Shown here in pieces: positions 25,315-38,142 of a stretch of DNA of 64,000 nucleotides (positions are counted from its first letter, which is position 1; each line of letters starts with the position of its first letter). A program made the translations under genes and the position numbers. The notes beneath the pieces were generated by a model. That model had not been told where the DNA came from. It was given only the letters and a program-made list of their open reading frames with translations, and ran no database searches. The DNA comes from Octopus bimaculoides (taxonomy: Eukaryota): contig NC_068986.1 of assembly GCF_001194135.2 (NCBI RefSeq), forward strand, positions 14,472,656 through 14,536,655, in the 5' to 3' direction.

Positions 25315-26289
25315 NNNNNNNNNNNNNNNNNNNNNNNNNNNNNNNNNNNNNNNNNNNNNNNNNNNNNNNNNNNNNNNNNNNNNNNNNNNNNNNNNNNNNN
25401 NNNNNNNNNNNNNNNNNNNNNNNNNNNNNNNNNNNNNNNNNNNNNNNNNNNNNNNNNNNNNNNNNNNNNNNNNNNNNNNNNNNNNNNNNNNNNNNNNNNN
25501 NNNNNNNNNNNNNNNNNNNNNNNNNNNNNNNNNNNNNNNNNNNNNNNNNNNNNNNNNNNNNNNNNNNNNNNNNNNNNNNNNNNNNNNNNNNNNNNNNNNN
25601 NNNNNNNNNNNNNNNNNNNNNNNNNNNNNNNNNNNNNNNNNNNNNNNNNNNNNNNNNNNNNNNNNNNNNNNNNNNNNNNNNNNNNNNNNNNNNNNNNNNN
25701 NNNNNNNNNNNNNNNNNNNNNNNNNNNNNNNNNNNNNNNNNNNNNNNNNNNNNNNNNNNNNNNNNNNNNNNNNNNNNNNNNNNNNNNNNNNNNNNNNNNN
25801 NNNNNNNNNNNNNNNNNNNNNNNNNNNNNNNNNNNNNNNNNNNNNNNNNNNNNNNNNNNNNNNNNNNNNNNNNNNNNNNNNNNNNNNNNNNNNNNNNNNN
25901 NNNNNNNNNNNNNNNNNNNNNNNNNNNNNNNNNNNNNNNNNNNNNNNNNNNNNNNNNNNNNNNNNNNNNNNNNNNNNNNNNNNNNNNNNNNNNNNNNNNN
26001 NNNNNNNNNNNNNNNNNNNNNNNNNNNNNNNNNNNNNNNNNNNNNNNNNNNNNNNNNNNNNNNNNNNNNNNNNNNNNNNNNNNNNNNNNNNNNNNNNNNN
26101 NNNNNNNNNNNNNNNNNNNNNNNNNNNNNNNNNNNNNNNNNNNNNNNNNNNNNNNNNNNNNNNNNNNNNNNNNNNNNNNNNNNNNNNNNNNNNNNNNNNN
26201 NNNNNNNNNNNNNNNNNNNNNNNNNNNNNNNNNNNNNNNNNNNNNNNNNNNNNNNNNNNNNNNNNNNNNNNNNNNNNNNNNNNNNNNNA

Positions 26290-26545
26290 ACAGAAACAAT
26301 TCCTATCATAGTAGGTGCCTTAGGTATAATAAAAAAATATTCAGACAAATACATAACAAAAACACCAGGACTTACAAATATATATAACATACAGAAAATT
26401 GCACTACTGGGTACTGCACACATTCTACGCAAAACACTTTCAATACAGTAAACATAAGAGCACCACAGCAAACCACAGCACATACCCAAGGCGCACAGAG
26501 CTGCGCTCGGTAGTGAAGTGAAAGCACGTTATAAAAATAAAACTA

Positions 26546-26549
<4 letters not shown>
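26290..26549 (+). mobile_element. 3' end of an R4/Dong-like non-LTR retrotransposon
   Basis: Stop-free frame 26290-26451 TETIPIIVGALGIIKKYSDKYITKTPGLTNIYNIQKIALLGTAHILRKTLSIQ* resembles the C-terminus (PIVVGALG...QKxxLLGTAxILR) of restriction-like-endonuclease LINEs; ~100-bp 3'UTR, then (TAA)n. Confidence 0.8.

Positions 26550-26616
<67 letters not shown>
26550..26616 (+). repeat. (TAA)n tract at the LINE 3' junction
   Basis: Directly visible. Confidence 0.95.
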
Positions 26617-26729
26617 GCCATGTGTTGAGAGGGAAAAAGTCAACAGACATGCTTATCAGCAATCCATAAAGATGTATTCACTAATGGAAAGCATAAAGGA
26701 ATCAACAACACACAAATCATTCGTTTATT

Positions 26730-26985
26730 CTTTTCTTTTACTTGTTTCACTCATTTGATAGCAGCCATGCTGGAGCAGTGCCTTAAACGTATTCTTAGTC
26801 GAAGAAATCAACCTCAGGACGTGTTCTTTGTGAGCCTGGTACTTATTCTACTGGTTGTTCTGCCCAACCGCTAATTTACTGGGACGTAAGCACACCAACG
26901 CCGGTTGTCAAGCCTTGACAGGGGTACAAACACAAACACAAAGGCACACACACACACACACGCACACACACACACACACACACAC
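26730..26985 (-). mobile_element. SINE-A 3' half
   Basis: tttacttgtttcactcatttgatagcagccatgctggagc...ccggttgtcaagc, then (CA)n. Confidence 0.8.
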
Positions 26986-27308
26986 GTACATGCGACTATG
27001 TTTTATCTTTGATGTTTACATCGTGGATTCTTTTTCGACTTCTTCATTCAGTTTTTTCTGGGGGTTTTTTTTTCGGAACGACCGTTCNNNNNNNNNNNNN
27101 NNNNNNNNNNNNNNNNNNNNNNNNNNNNNNNNNNNNNNNNNNNNNNNNNNNNNNNNNNNNNNNNNNNNNNNNNNNNNNNNNNNNNNNNNNNNNNNNNNNN
27201 NNNNNNNNNNNNNNNNNNNNNNNNNNNNNNNNNNNNNNNNNNNNNNNNNNNNNNNNNNNNNNNNNNNNNNNNNNNNNNNNNNNNNNNNNNNNNNNNNNNN
27301 NNNNNNNN

Positions 27309-27356
<48 letters not shown>

Positions 27357-27535
27357 GAGAGGGAGAAAGAGAAAAAGAGACTCAAGGAACTATTAGAAGA
27401 GATAAATTGAATATGATTGACATAAATACATCCCCCTCTCCTTGTACGCACGGAGCAATATTTTCATGATGTAGATGAAGAGAGAGAATGGGTGGAGTGA
27501 GGGAGAGGACGGTGCGGAGAAAACGAGAGAAACGT

Positions 27536-27920
27536 ATCGTGGTACGCCGTCGGTTGCGACGAGGAGGGTTCCAGTTGATCCGATCAACGGAAAAGCCTGC
27601 CCGAGAAATTAACGGGCAAATGGCTGAGCACTCCACAGACACGTGTACACTTAACGTTGTTCTCGGGGAGATTCCGCGAGAGAGAGAGTGTGTCAAGGCT
27701 GGCCCTTTGAAATACAGGTAGAACAGAAACAAGAAGAAAGTTTGAGAGAATGTTTTGGTGAAAGAGTACAGCAGGGTCGCCACCATCCTCTGCCGGAGCC
27801 TCGTGGAGCTTTAGGTGTTTTCGCTCAATATACACTCACAACACCTGTTCTGGGAATCGAAACCACGATCCCACGATCCCGCGTTCGCTACTCTAACTAC
27901 TAGACCATTTTACCTCCACA
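27536..27920 (-). mobile_element. SINE-B, full length
   Basis: Co-linear reverse complement of 55295-55678. Confidence 0.92.
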
Positions 27921-30281
27921 GTGTGGACGGTATGGAGAAAATGAGAGAAACATGACATCGAATTAGCAGTGCTTCAACGGCCGTGTCAAACGTCTCATAC
28001 TCTTCTGTAAATTCTTGTTGAATCGAAAAGATGTATATACATATTTGATGCAACGCTTTGTATCAAACAATGGTGAGCTTGCATAATTTTGCACTCAAAT
28101 TTATGTACAATATTAGTTGTGATTTTCGAATTTGTGGTTTATATGTTTACGAGAACATTTTCTGTTTATGGTGTTTCTGAAACAAAACATATGACTTCTT
28201 AGTTAGGTGTGATACATACGTTTTGTTTATCGTTTCAGCTTTAGCACTGCATTTATCTATTCTGTTTCTTGAAAGCATTTTCTTCATACAATGTATTTTA
28301 GGGTGGTTCCTCTGTTATCAGTTTGTATTGTAGCTGTTGTGTCTTGCTGTGTAAATTTGCTTAACATTTTAGCACAATGTCACCGAATAGCATGCTGGAG
28401 TATGTTATTAAAATTTCGTTCCTCTTCTCATATTGTTATTTATAAAACCGTGGCAACTCTGTACTTTTGGACTATATAGCCCAACTTTTGTTCACCAGAG
28501 CAGTTGTTTCCTTATATATGAAGAGCTTTCATTTTAGACTGTCTAAAGATGTTTTGTAATTATTTGATGGGAAACATTTGTCAAAGAAGTGATTTCACTA
28601 AGACAGCTTAAAGCTTTGAAGACATTGGCGTACGTACACTTAGTCTCTTATATGTAAGTACACATTTTTCTAATTCTTGTATGACTCTATTTCAGCCCCT
28701 TCACCCTTATTCGTTCATTCCACTGTTCGTTCTTTCGTTCCCCCTTGCTCACATTTCCTTGCCTTCTCTTCTCCTTCCACTTTTCACATAACTGTGTCAC
28801 TGTCATTTTTTCTCGCCCCTCCCTAATTATTTTGTCCCTCTGCCTCTACCGCTCTCTCTTCTCTTCCCACGTGACCAGTGTTCGGCCAAGCCTAACCTTT
28901 CTTTTTGGGGGCGGCCGTTGTGAGTGCAACATCGTTATTTCTCCCTGTGCCTGTGAAATCTTATATCTCGGCTGTAAGGCCTTATTTCCATATACGCCAG
29001 CTTAACTTTATACGTCCTAAGTCGAAAGACATATGTTGTTATGTCCCGTTATTATTCCTACTGTATTTGTGTAACATTGTTCGTTTTTGTTTTCTTTGTA
29101 TACATTCGCTGCTTTCTTCCAAGGAATCTAATGCTCTTAGCTTTTTCAAATTTATAATGCAAAGAGTGCCAATTATTCTTTTCCTCCAAATATTCCAAGG
29201 AAAAGAATTTGCCCGTTGGGAATGAAATACATCTTTCCGATGGGTATTTAATCATTGCGTTATATGAAGAAATTTTCACGAATGCTGTATATTCGAGATT
29301 TAAATATTGAGAGGATATTCTAATTCCCTTTTGAATTCTCTCTAACAAGCCTTCCAATATCTGAAGAGGATTGTTTTATGGCCACGAAACTTTAAGTAAT
29401 GTGGAATTTGGAGAAACCTCTAATAGAAACATTTAAGTAATAAAAACATTGCTACTTTCAATTGTTTGTTCACTCACTCGTATGTATGTATGTATGTATT
29501 ATGTATGTATGTATGTATGTATGTATGTGTATGTGTCTGTCTGTGTATTTCTAAACATGCAGACACAGACACACACTCACACACACCCACATCTGCATGT
29601 CGATGGATGTTTATAATTATAAGATGCACACAATGTATACACGTCCTATATATAAAATCCTGTTTTTATTTCATTTTTTTTGCACGTTACTGTATACTGG
29701 ACAGTACGTCATTTGTGTGGTTTTTGTGCGTGTGAGTGTGTGTGCATGTGTGTGTATGTGTTTGAGTGTGAATTCATGTGTTTATATGTATGAGTTTGTT
29801 TTCCGGGAACAAAAGACGTGTCGACTGTAAAGCGAGGGAGAAATTCGTGCGCCGCAAAAGGCGCTGCGATAATGCATTCAGAAATAGCAAATGAACAGAT
29901 CTCTTTACATCACGCTATATTTTGCTGCATTCAGTGTACAATTGCTCAATGACATCACATGATCAATCAGATATCATCAGATTTTTTTTTTTTTTTATAT
30001 TTTTTAATATTTCTTTTTTTAATATTTCAATCCCCAACTGAGAAACTTCCAAGTGAAAAACATCAAAACTTGTGTGATGCGAAACGGAAAATGACGAATG
30101 GGTTCAGAATGAGGTTTTCATTAAAGACCANNNNNNNNNNNNNNNNNNNNNNNNNNNNNNNNNNNNNNNNNNNNNNNNNNNNNNNNNNNNNNNNNNNNNN
30201 NNNNNNNNNNNNNNNNNNNNNNNNNNNNNNNNNNNNNNNNNNNNNNNNNNNNNNNNNNNNNNNNNNNNNNNNNNNNNNNNN

Positions 30282-30334
<53 letters not shown>

Positions 30335-30974
30335 GTTATATATTTATATAGCTATATATTTACATATATATACACACTAATGCATGCCTGCATTTCACTT
30401 TGATGTCAGAAAATATAACTAATATGGCGGTCCATATAATGTAAGCGATGACTCAATCAGCAACTTACATACGCACATCAAAACGTTATGGCTACCATTA
30501 CTAAAATGAGTTTAAGTATCTGAAAATGTCGCTAGCTTAGATATTATCCTCTGGGATTTGCGGTGAACTACTTAACAGCGTTCAAACAGTGCGTTCGATA
30601 CAACAGTATTTTCTGTTCTTTTATTCTCGGGACCGAATATAATGATAAAGTTATGGGTTTAGAACAGGCACTTTAAGTCATAAGTATCGGCTGTAAACAA
30701 AGAAAAGCGGAAAATTATGGAAATAGCTTGGATTCGTATAATTGATCTCTTAAATACGCCTGTCACTTGGAATAAAGTTAAACAGAAAAGGATTTGATTT
30801 ATAAATACAAATGTAAACAAGTACTATAGGAACAATTACATAGACAATGTTTAAAACAGGGACATAGGCGAAAACACACATATTAAGGATGGCTTTCGTT
30901 TTCAATAAACCCCAAATTGCATACCTACGAAATTTACATATTAGAGAGGTAAAATAACCTATCACATACTCACT

Positions 30975-31145
30975 GGCATTATGTCGGGGACAATGAAATG
31001 ACGAGTGTTCCAATTGATTCAGTCAACGGAAAATCCTGGTCATAAAATTAACGTGCAACTGGTTATGTACTCCACAAACTCGCATACCCTTAATGTAGTT
31101 GTGACGGAGATCCAGCGTGACACAGAACGTTTACAAAGGTGACCA
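30975..31145 (-). mobile_element. SINE-B 3' fragment, diverged
   Basis: gtgttccaattgattcagtcaacggaaaatcctggtcataaaattaacgtgcaactgg...ccttaatgtagtt...ccagcgtgacacag. Confidence 0.7.
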
Positions 31146-31384
31146 TTTTATGTATAAGTACAACTCATTTTCACAAGGTGAGCAGATCGTGCTCCAGTTA
31201 GCCAAAATACATTTGTCCATGTGTTTGCATCTACTCAAAATTGCTCACTTGCACTGATGCACAGACAGACAGACAGACAGACAGACCCACACACACACAC
31301 ACACACGCACATACACATACACATGCACTCGTACACACACACATACGCACGCAAGCACGCACACATAATCAGTCACCATCGGCA

Positions 31385-31634
31385 CAGCATGGTTGCGTGG
31401 GTAAGGAGCTCGTTTGGCAACCATGTGGTTTCGTGTTCAGTCCCACTGCCTAGCACGATACGAGGCTGGGCAATGCCTTCAACTATGACCATGAGGTGAC
31501 CAATGTCTTGTCAGTGAACCTGGTAGACAAAAACGTGTGGACGTCTATCATATATATACACATATATAAGTGTGTGTGGGTGTGTATGTGAGTATGTGTG
31601 TGTGTGTGTGTGTTTATCTCATCACCGTGTGCAA
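31385..31634 (+). mobile_element. Diverged SINE-A 5' half, ending at a mariner
   Basis: ggttgcgtgggtaaggagc...gttcagtcccactgc...tggtagac, then (TA)/(TG) tract. Confidence 0.65.
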
Positions 31635-32522
31635 AGCGATGTCCGAAAATGTTCTCTGTGGGTCAAGTCCCTTGTAGTTTGGGCTTGCGCCGCTAGACTT
31701 CACTTGATGCGGTCCCCAGGTATCAGGATGGCGACTGGTGGTGTTCTCTAAGGTGACTCTACCACGTGGTGCGTTTTTGTTTTTCTGTGCTTCTCTCCTG
31801 TTCGTCGATTTTTGTGATGGCCGAAACGAAAGAATAACGGGATTCCGTGAAATTCTATTTTCTGCTAGGGAAAACGGTGTCCGAAACAGTTGCCATGCTT
31901 GAAACAGCTCACAAGGCCGCTGCTATGAGCAAAACAAGTTTACGAATGGTTTACACGCCTTAGGAATGATTACCTGGCGTGTGAGGACCAATCCCGTTCA
32001 GGGCAACCGTCGACCTCCCGAACGAATGTAAACGTCGTAAAAATTCCTCCACTGATGTCGGAGAACCGTCAGCGAGCAATTGAGGAACTTTTCGACATGA
32101 CTAACATGTCCTGGAGCTCCTGCCATCGAATTTGGAGCGTGGAATTAGGAACGAAAAGAGTTTCAGCAAAATTTGTACCTTGCTTGATCACGGAAGATCA
32201 AAAGCAGTCACAACTGAATGCACGTCGTGACCTGAAAGAACAGGTGGAAGTTGATCCGGACCTTTATTCGAAGGTCATCACTGGTGACGAAATCTGGTGC
32301 TACAGAATTTGCAGATGTGGAAGCGGTAAAGAAAAAACAACGGAGTTGTTAAAATGCATGACTTCGCAACAATTCCAGCACTGCTTCGAACAGTGGAGAA
32401 CGCGTTTGAACCGATGCAATGCTTCAAATTGGAAATATGTTGATGGCGTTGAAAGAGTAAAAATTTAAAACTAAGTGAATAAATTAATACTGCGAAATTC
32501 CGGTATCTGTTACCCTCGTCGC
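31635..32522 (+). mobile_element. Internally deleted mariner (Tc1/mariner superfamily)
   Basis: From ATG 31817: HTH (EWFTRLRN...EDQSRSGQPSTS), SAKFVPCL (WVPHEL-like), VITGDEIWCY, then a jump to the C-terminal FADVEAV...FQHCFEQWRTRLNRC; TIR-like aaattccggtatctgttaccctcgtc at the 3' end. Confidence 0.9.
31817..32468 (+). pseudogene. Mariner transposase pseudogene lacking most of the catalytic domain
   Basis: Early stop, frameshifts and a deletion junction at ~32303-32307. Confidence 0.9.
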
Positions 32523-33119
32523 ATACTCCGTAAAGGATTGAAATCTAAATTATCCAACAAACTGAAATGTCCCTGAAATTTAACATAGAACAGGCTCTTG
32601 AAAATTCTCAAGAATTGTCAAAACAGAAAGTAAAGACTTTTCATGATGGATTTTTGGACATAACGATCAACCTTCTCGATTTTTCTCGAGCTTTCTCATG
32701 TACCAGAGTCCTGGTTTTCAACTAGGGCTAACCATGTGGTCTGAACCTGAAATATTGATTGGCGACACAAGCACATTATTTAAACCTGCCGGTTTACCGT
32801 TTTTCCACGGCAAAAAATTATTCGTAGCTCTTATTTCAATACTGTGTACGTTGTGTATGTATGTATGCATGTATGTATATATGCATGTGTGTATGTGGTT
32901 GCATGTGTGTCTGTGCGTGTGTAATTATTTTCGGCACAACTGTGGAATCACCACTTGCATGAAATTACTGGCTACACTCATTTACTTTTGCTGTAGTTTT
33001 AAGATATGTGTTGCAAATGTGATGTATTATATTCGACAGAAAAGTTACTTGATATCTTGTAAAGCAACCTACAATCAAAATCAGTCATGAAAATGACTTC
33101 TAAATTTACACCAACTTAC

Positions 33120-33835
33120 GAGATCATACACTTACTATGTCACATTTCAAAAATCTAGAAAATTTTTCAAGAACATGTTGAAATAATCTCAGGAATTATT
33201 TGAAAGGCAAATGAAAAAGACTGAATGATGTCTTCTTTTATGGAAAGACAATTTTGATCATATATTAACAATCATGTGTTTAAAATCTCATAAACAAAAT
33301 AAACCCTGACATTCAATTTACTCTAGAATACATTAACTTCCTTTCTTAGATATCGAGGTGATAAAAAGTGAGAAATTAGAAACGAGAATAAACGTATATT
33401 TTAAAACTTACATTCTCAAGACAATACAGGTTATTTACATCGTGACACTCGGAACGTAACTGACATAATATTGCATATAAGTTACAGAAATGAATTCCCA
33501 CAATTGTCACTAATCATTCGACAAGAGATTACAGTCTAGAAGAAATAAGAGAAACACTGATTGGAAAACAATACCCATTAAATTTAATCAACAATGGAAT
33601 TCATAAAGCGAAAATAATTAAAATTCTGTAACACGGGAATACAAAAGGCAAATGTTAAAAGAATTTTATAACATATACACCTCACGTGCAATTCAAAGAC
33701 ATTGAAGTCTTTCCAAATGTTTATTAAAACATACCTGTATTGCTTCGAGATCGGATAATAAAAATTACCAAGGAGAAACAACCAATTATTAAAAGGAAAA
33801 GACGAGCAAACCCTTTGAAAAGTAGTTGTGAAGAC
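33120..33835 (+). pseudogene. Penelope-like element RT/thumb/linker remnant
   Basis: NPDIQFTLEY (33302), LPFLDIEVIK (33337), TIVTNHSTRDYSLEEIRETLIGKQYPLNLINNGIHKAK (33500) and IIKRKRRANPLK match PLE motifs (HPNIKFT, LPFLD, R-YP--LI, KRQPKNL). Confidence 0.85.
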
Positions 33836-33871
33836 AAAAGTGCATGAAAGAAACAATATATATGTAAATGT

Positions 33872-34306
33872 AAGGCGGCGAGCTGGCAGAAAAGTTAGCA
33901 CGCCGGGCGAAATTCTTAGCGGTACTTCGTCTGTCTTTAAGTTCTGAGTTCAAATTCCGCCGAGGTCGACTTTACCTTTCGTCCTTTCGGGGTCGATAAA
34001 TTGAGTGCCACTTACGCACTGGAGTCAATGTAATCGACTTAATCCCTTTGTCTGTCCTTGTTTGTCCAGTCTATGTTTAGCCCCTTGTGGGTAATAAAGA
34101 AATAAGAAATGTTAGCACGCCAGGCAAAATGCTTAGCGGTATTTCGTCTGTCTTTACGTTCTGAGTTCAAATTCCGCCGAGGTGAAATTTGCCTTTCATC
34201 CTTTCGGGGTCGATAAATTAAGTACCAGTGGCATACTGGGGTCGATCTAATCGACTAGCTCCGTCCCCTCAAAATTTCGAGCCTTGTGCCTAGAGTAGAA
34301 AAGAAT
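33872..34306 (+). mobile_element. SINE-C dimer (33872-34106 plus 34107-34306)
   Basis: Two tandem copies of gttagcacgcc...gagttcaaattccgccgagg...cctttc(g/a)tcctttcggggtcgataaatt with different tails. The central segment resembles the Meta-SINE domain (from memory, unverified). Confidence 0.9.
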
Positions 34307-35106
34307 ATATACGTAACTGTAATAAAATGTAAATGAAGAATTTGTGGAGTATGCAAATATTTATATTTGTACACTCCAAGAGTATACATTTATATTTAGA
34401 ATTCCATTTCAAGGAATGGCATATTTTCAAAGTAAAATATCACTGCTTAATGATTTGCATCTGCTTTAGCATGCAAATTTCCCGAGGACATTATGTTGTC
34501 GAAATTTTCCTGACATTCCATGACGAGAGAATCGACACCGATTATACACTACATAGCTTTAGAAAACATAAATTATGTGTTAAAATATTAAGAATTGTAT
34601 CAACAAGCATTCGTGAATTTTAGTGTTTTCCACTTTGTATGTAAAAAGAGGAAAACAAACCTCTTAAGAAAGCGACAACGACGAACAAAACGAAAAAACA
34701 AAATGTAATTTAGACGCAATAGCCAAAATTAAATATTTCGCATGTTAGGGGACTGATTTATGTCACTTGAAAGAACCTTCATACTATCAGAGAAGTAGAA
34801 ATGCAGTAACATGGTGAATTTTAACTGTAAAAAATATCAATTCTAATTAGAAATCAAAACTTGTGACCTAGAAACCAATGTGTGTACATTCGAAATTCAA
34901 CATTCAGTTATAATTATGGTGAAAACTGAATATTTTCTCGTTACATTATTCTCTATTTTAGCTTTTAAAATCACGCAAAATGTTATGTAAAAATAATGTA
35001 AAATTACGTAAAATAATAACCAATTTAATGAAATCTGCTGAAAATATTTCGTGAGAGTGAAAATAGCCAATTACGGTTGGAACTGATAGGAAAATATATC
35101 AATAGC

Positions 35107-35148
<42 letters not shown>

Positions 35149-35169
35149 CATTATTATTATTATTATTTA

Positions 35170-35640
35170 GTGAGAGAGCAGTGCATGCCATCAAAGTGAC
35201 AATAGAGTAAAATACACAAAGCCCAGTATACCCATTATGACTACATGTCTGATAAGGGGACACCAAGGATATGCAGCACGGCCGTATGTGCGCAACATGG
35301 TGATCTCATATCAAGATAAACAGCACATGGCTTTGCAAGTGGAATATTCTTCACGTCGAGTATGCCATCCCGCTCAAAATGTCCCTAAATAAGGGTTGTT
35401 TAAGGATGTTGAGCGAAACAATAGTGTTCCCAGAAGTGGATTATTCAAATACTCAAAACTTTCTCTCAACACATGGCTACGATTCTTCTCCAATTACTTC
35501 TGATCGTGATCAGGGATGTACATATTGTCAACCACTAAAGGACATGCTCAACTAGTTAAGGTCAAACAAATGACAAGCTAATCTGTGGTATTGAGCAGAA
35601 TATTTGCAGTAGCACATCTTTTATACCAAGACAAAACATA
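35170..35640 (-). mobile_element. Element G, non-coding, embedded in (TTA)n
   Basis: ~470-bp complex segment bounded by (TTA)n at 35109-35167 and (CTT)n(ATT)n at 35641-35774; a 16-nt piece recurs at 26616-26631 next to (TAA)n. Confidence 0.5.
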
Positions 35641-35777
<137 letters not shown>

Positions 35778-37544
35778 ATACATTGCATATTATTATTAAC
35801 ATACTTTGCATTCTGAAAACATAAAACTTTATATGCTTTATGCACATTATTATATTACAAGTACTTAACATTATCGAATTCCCAAAATTCAAATACTCTC
35901 TGAAGTGCATCTGATTTCGGACGAGGGAAGAGCTAGAAGAAAATCCACTATAAGCACTACTCGCTACCACACTACCACACTACCACGTAAAATGATTCCT
36001 TTAACGCAATACTGTATATATTTATATATATATTTGTAGATACATACATACATACATACATATATATATAAATATATATATATGTGTATGTGTGTGTGTA
36101 TGTGAGTGAGTTCGCATGTGATTGTGTGTATGAGTATGTGTGTGTTTGTGTGTGCAATCATGTGTTTGTCTGCGTGTGTGTCTTTGAGTGTGTGTGTGTA
36201 ATTTATTATTTTACTTAGACATAGTGATCGTAATAACCTGGTGTTAGAACTCAATATACATATACTTCAGATACAGAACGTGATTGTAATAGAAGAATTC
36301 CATCACGCTACTTAACTCTGATCGCAAATTTTCCGTAAATGCAAGCATATAGGCAAATTTCTTTTGACCAACTCTTTAACGTTGAATGCTTCTACACAAC
36401 CTATATCAATTATAGTTACTGAAGACAAAATTGACACAGTTCTTGATTTTCTTTTCCTCTCTTTGTCCGTTTTTCTTTACTCTTGGTCTTCCTGTTTCAC
36501 TTTTTGTATCAAAATTTATCACATTTTTCTTACGCGTCCACTCTAAAATACCAGACTCGTAGATTTCAGATAGGACCAACCATATGCCCTAAGCCCGACA
36601 AAGTTTCTCGGAGAAAGATGGCTACATATATAAGCCTAGCAAATTACTTTTGATCCACGGCTCGAAACTAATATTAGCTCTTATTTTATTATTGCGTTCA
36701 TTAAACGATATATGCATACATATGCGCGTGTGCACACACACACACACCCACACACACACTCACATATACGCACACAGAGCCACGTTTGTGCACACACACA
36801 CACACACACACCCACACACACACTCACATATACGCACACAGAGCCACGTTNNNNNNNNNNNNNNNNNNNNNNNNNNNNNNNNNNNNTATTTCTAAGATAA
36901 ATTCGAGTTGCTGTAGAAATTTAGAATTTCATACCTTTATTCATTTAATTGCAAATTTACTACCGTGCATAGTGCAGAAATATTTTAAATTTCTAAATTA
37001 ATGAAAGAGAATAATAGATAATTAGTTAATAACAACATTATACGTTAATAAGAGATCATGGAAGCTCATAATCTTATCGAGTAGTTTAAATTGCGTCCAT
37101 AACTTTACGTGTCAGAGGATGACTTAAATATACATTCGTACGTTGAGGTTGGCGCGAAACTAAGCCAAACTATTTAATTGTTGTATACTGTGGGTAAAAT
37201 GTATTAATTGAAGTAAACGGTTTGATCAGTTATCAATGAATAGATTCATGTAGACATTTCTCTTGTATCTTTTGCCTCTTTCAGCCATTGGTCTACGGCA
37301 CGGTGTGAAATGGTTTAGTTGAACAAATCGATACCTTCACTTAGTTTAAATTCCAGTATTTATATCAGTCTCCGTTCCCAAACTGCTTTGTCAGGGACGT
37401 AAACAAACGAACATTGATTGTAAAGTTATGTGGGAGCGAACAGAAAGCACACTTAGACCTATATATGCAGACCCAAAGACAAACACTCACAAACACTCGT
37501 ACACATATACACATAAGACACTCGCATACAAACAGTATTATTCA

Positions 37545-37548
37545 GTGA

Positions 37549-37643
<95 letters not shown>

Positions 37644-37778
37644 GCAACAGCATCGAAACATACCTTAGGATTGAGAACCCAGGTTCGAAATTTCCCCCAA
37701 TGAAAGCTGATGATGGCTGCAGGGTATAACAGTCGAAACGTTGTGTTGGCAACAAACAACTGAGGACACAGGCATTGA

Positions 37779-37840
<62 letters not shown>

Positions 37841-37915
37841 TTAATAATAATAATGATAATAATAATAATAATAAGGAAAATACCTTAGGAATGAGAACCC
37901 GTGTTCGATTTTTTC
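37545..37915 (+). mobile_element. Element E, head-to-tail partial tandem (about 1.5 units)
   Basis: gtgacctgaa(TAA)n...ataccttaggattgagaacccaggttcgaaattt...hammerhead...gaggacaca, then tgacctgaa(TAA)n...ataccttaggaatgagaacccgtgttcga. Confidence 0.88.
37702..37747 (+). ncRNA. Minimal hammerhead motif in element E (stem I degenerate)
   Basis: CUGAUGA (37707-37713)-U-GGCUG(10 nt)CAGUC-GAAA-CG-UU-GUGUU; the 5' strand of stem I reads GAAAG rather than GACAC. Confidence 0.6.
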
Positions 37916-38142
37916 TTAAATATGGTGTAATATTTGTGGTGCTGAGGAAAATTTAATTTCAGTATCTTAAAGAACAGTGTTGGTAAATTTTTAACACTAA
38001 GAGAAAATACGAGGTGGTGGGGTTGAAACAAATAATTTCCCTTTTTCTATATTTAGAGTGGGTTACCACATTAGGGTGTTCAGTTACAGAGAGACTACAT
38101 TTATTACCGTTACTAAAATGATGGTTATGAAGTCTGGTATGG

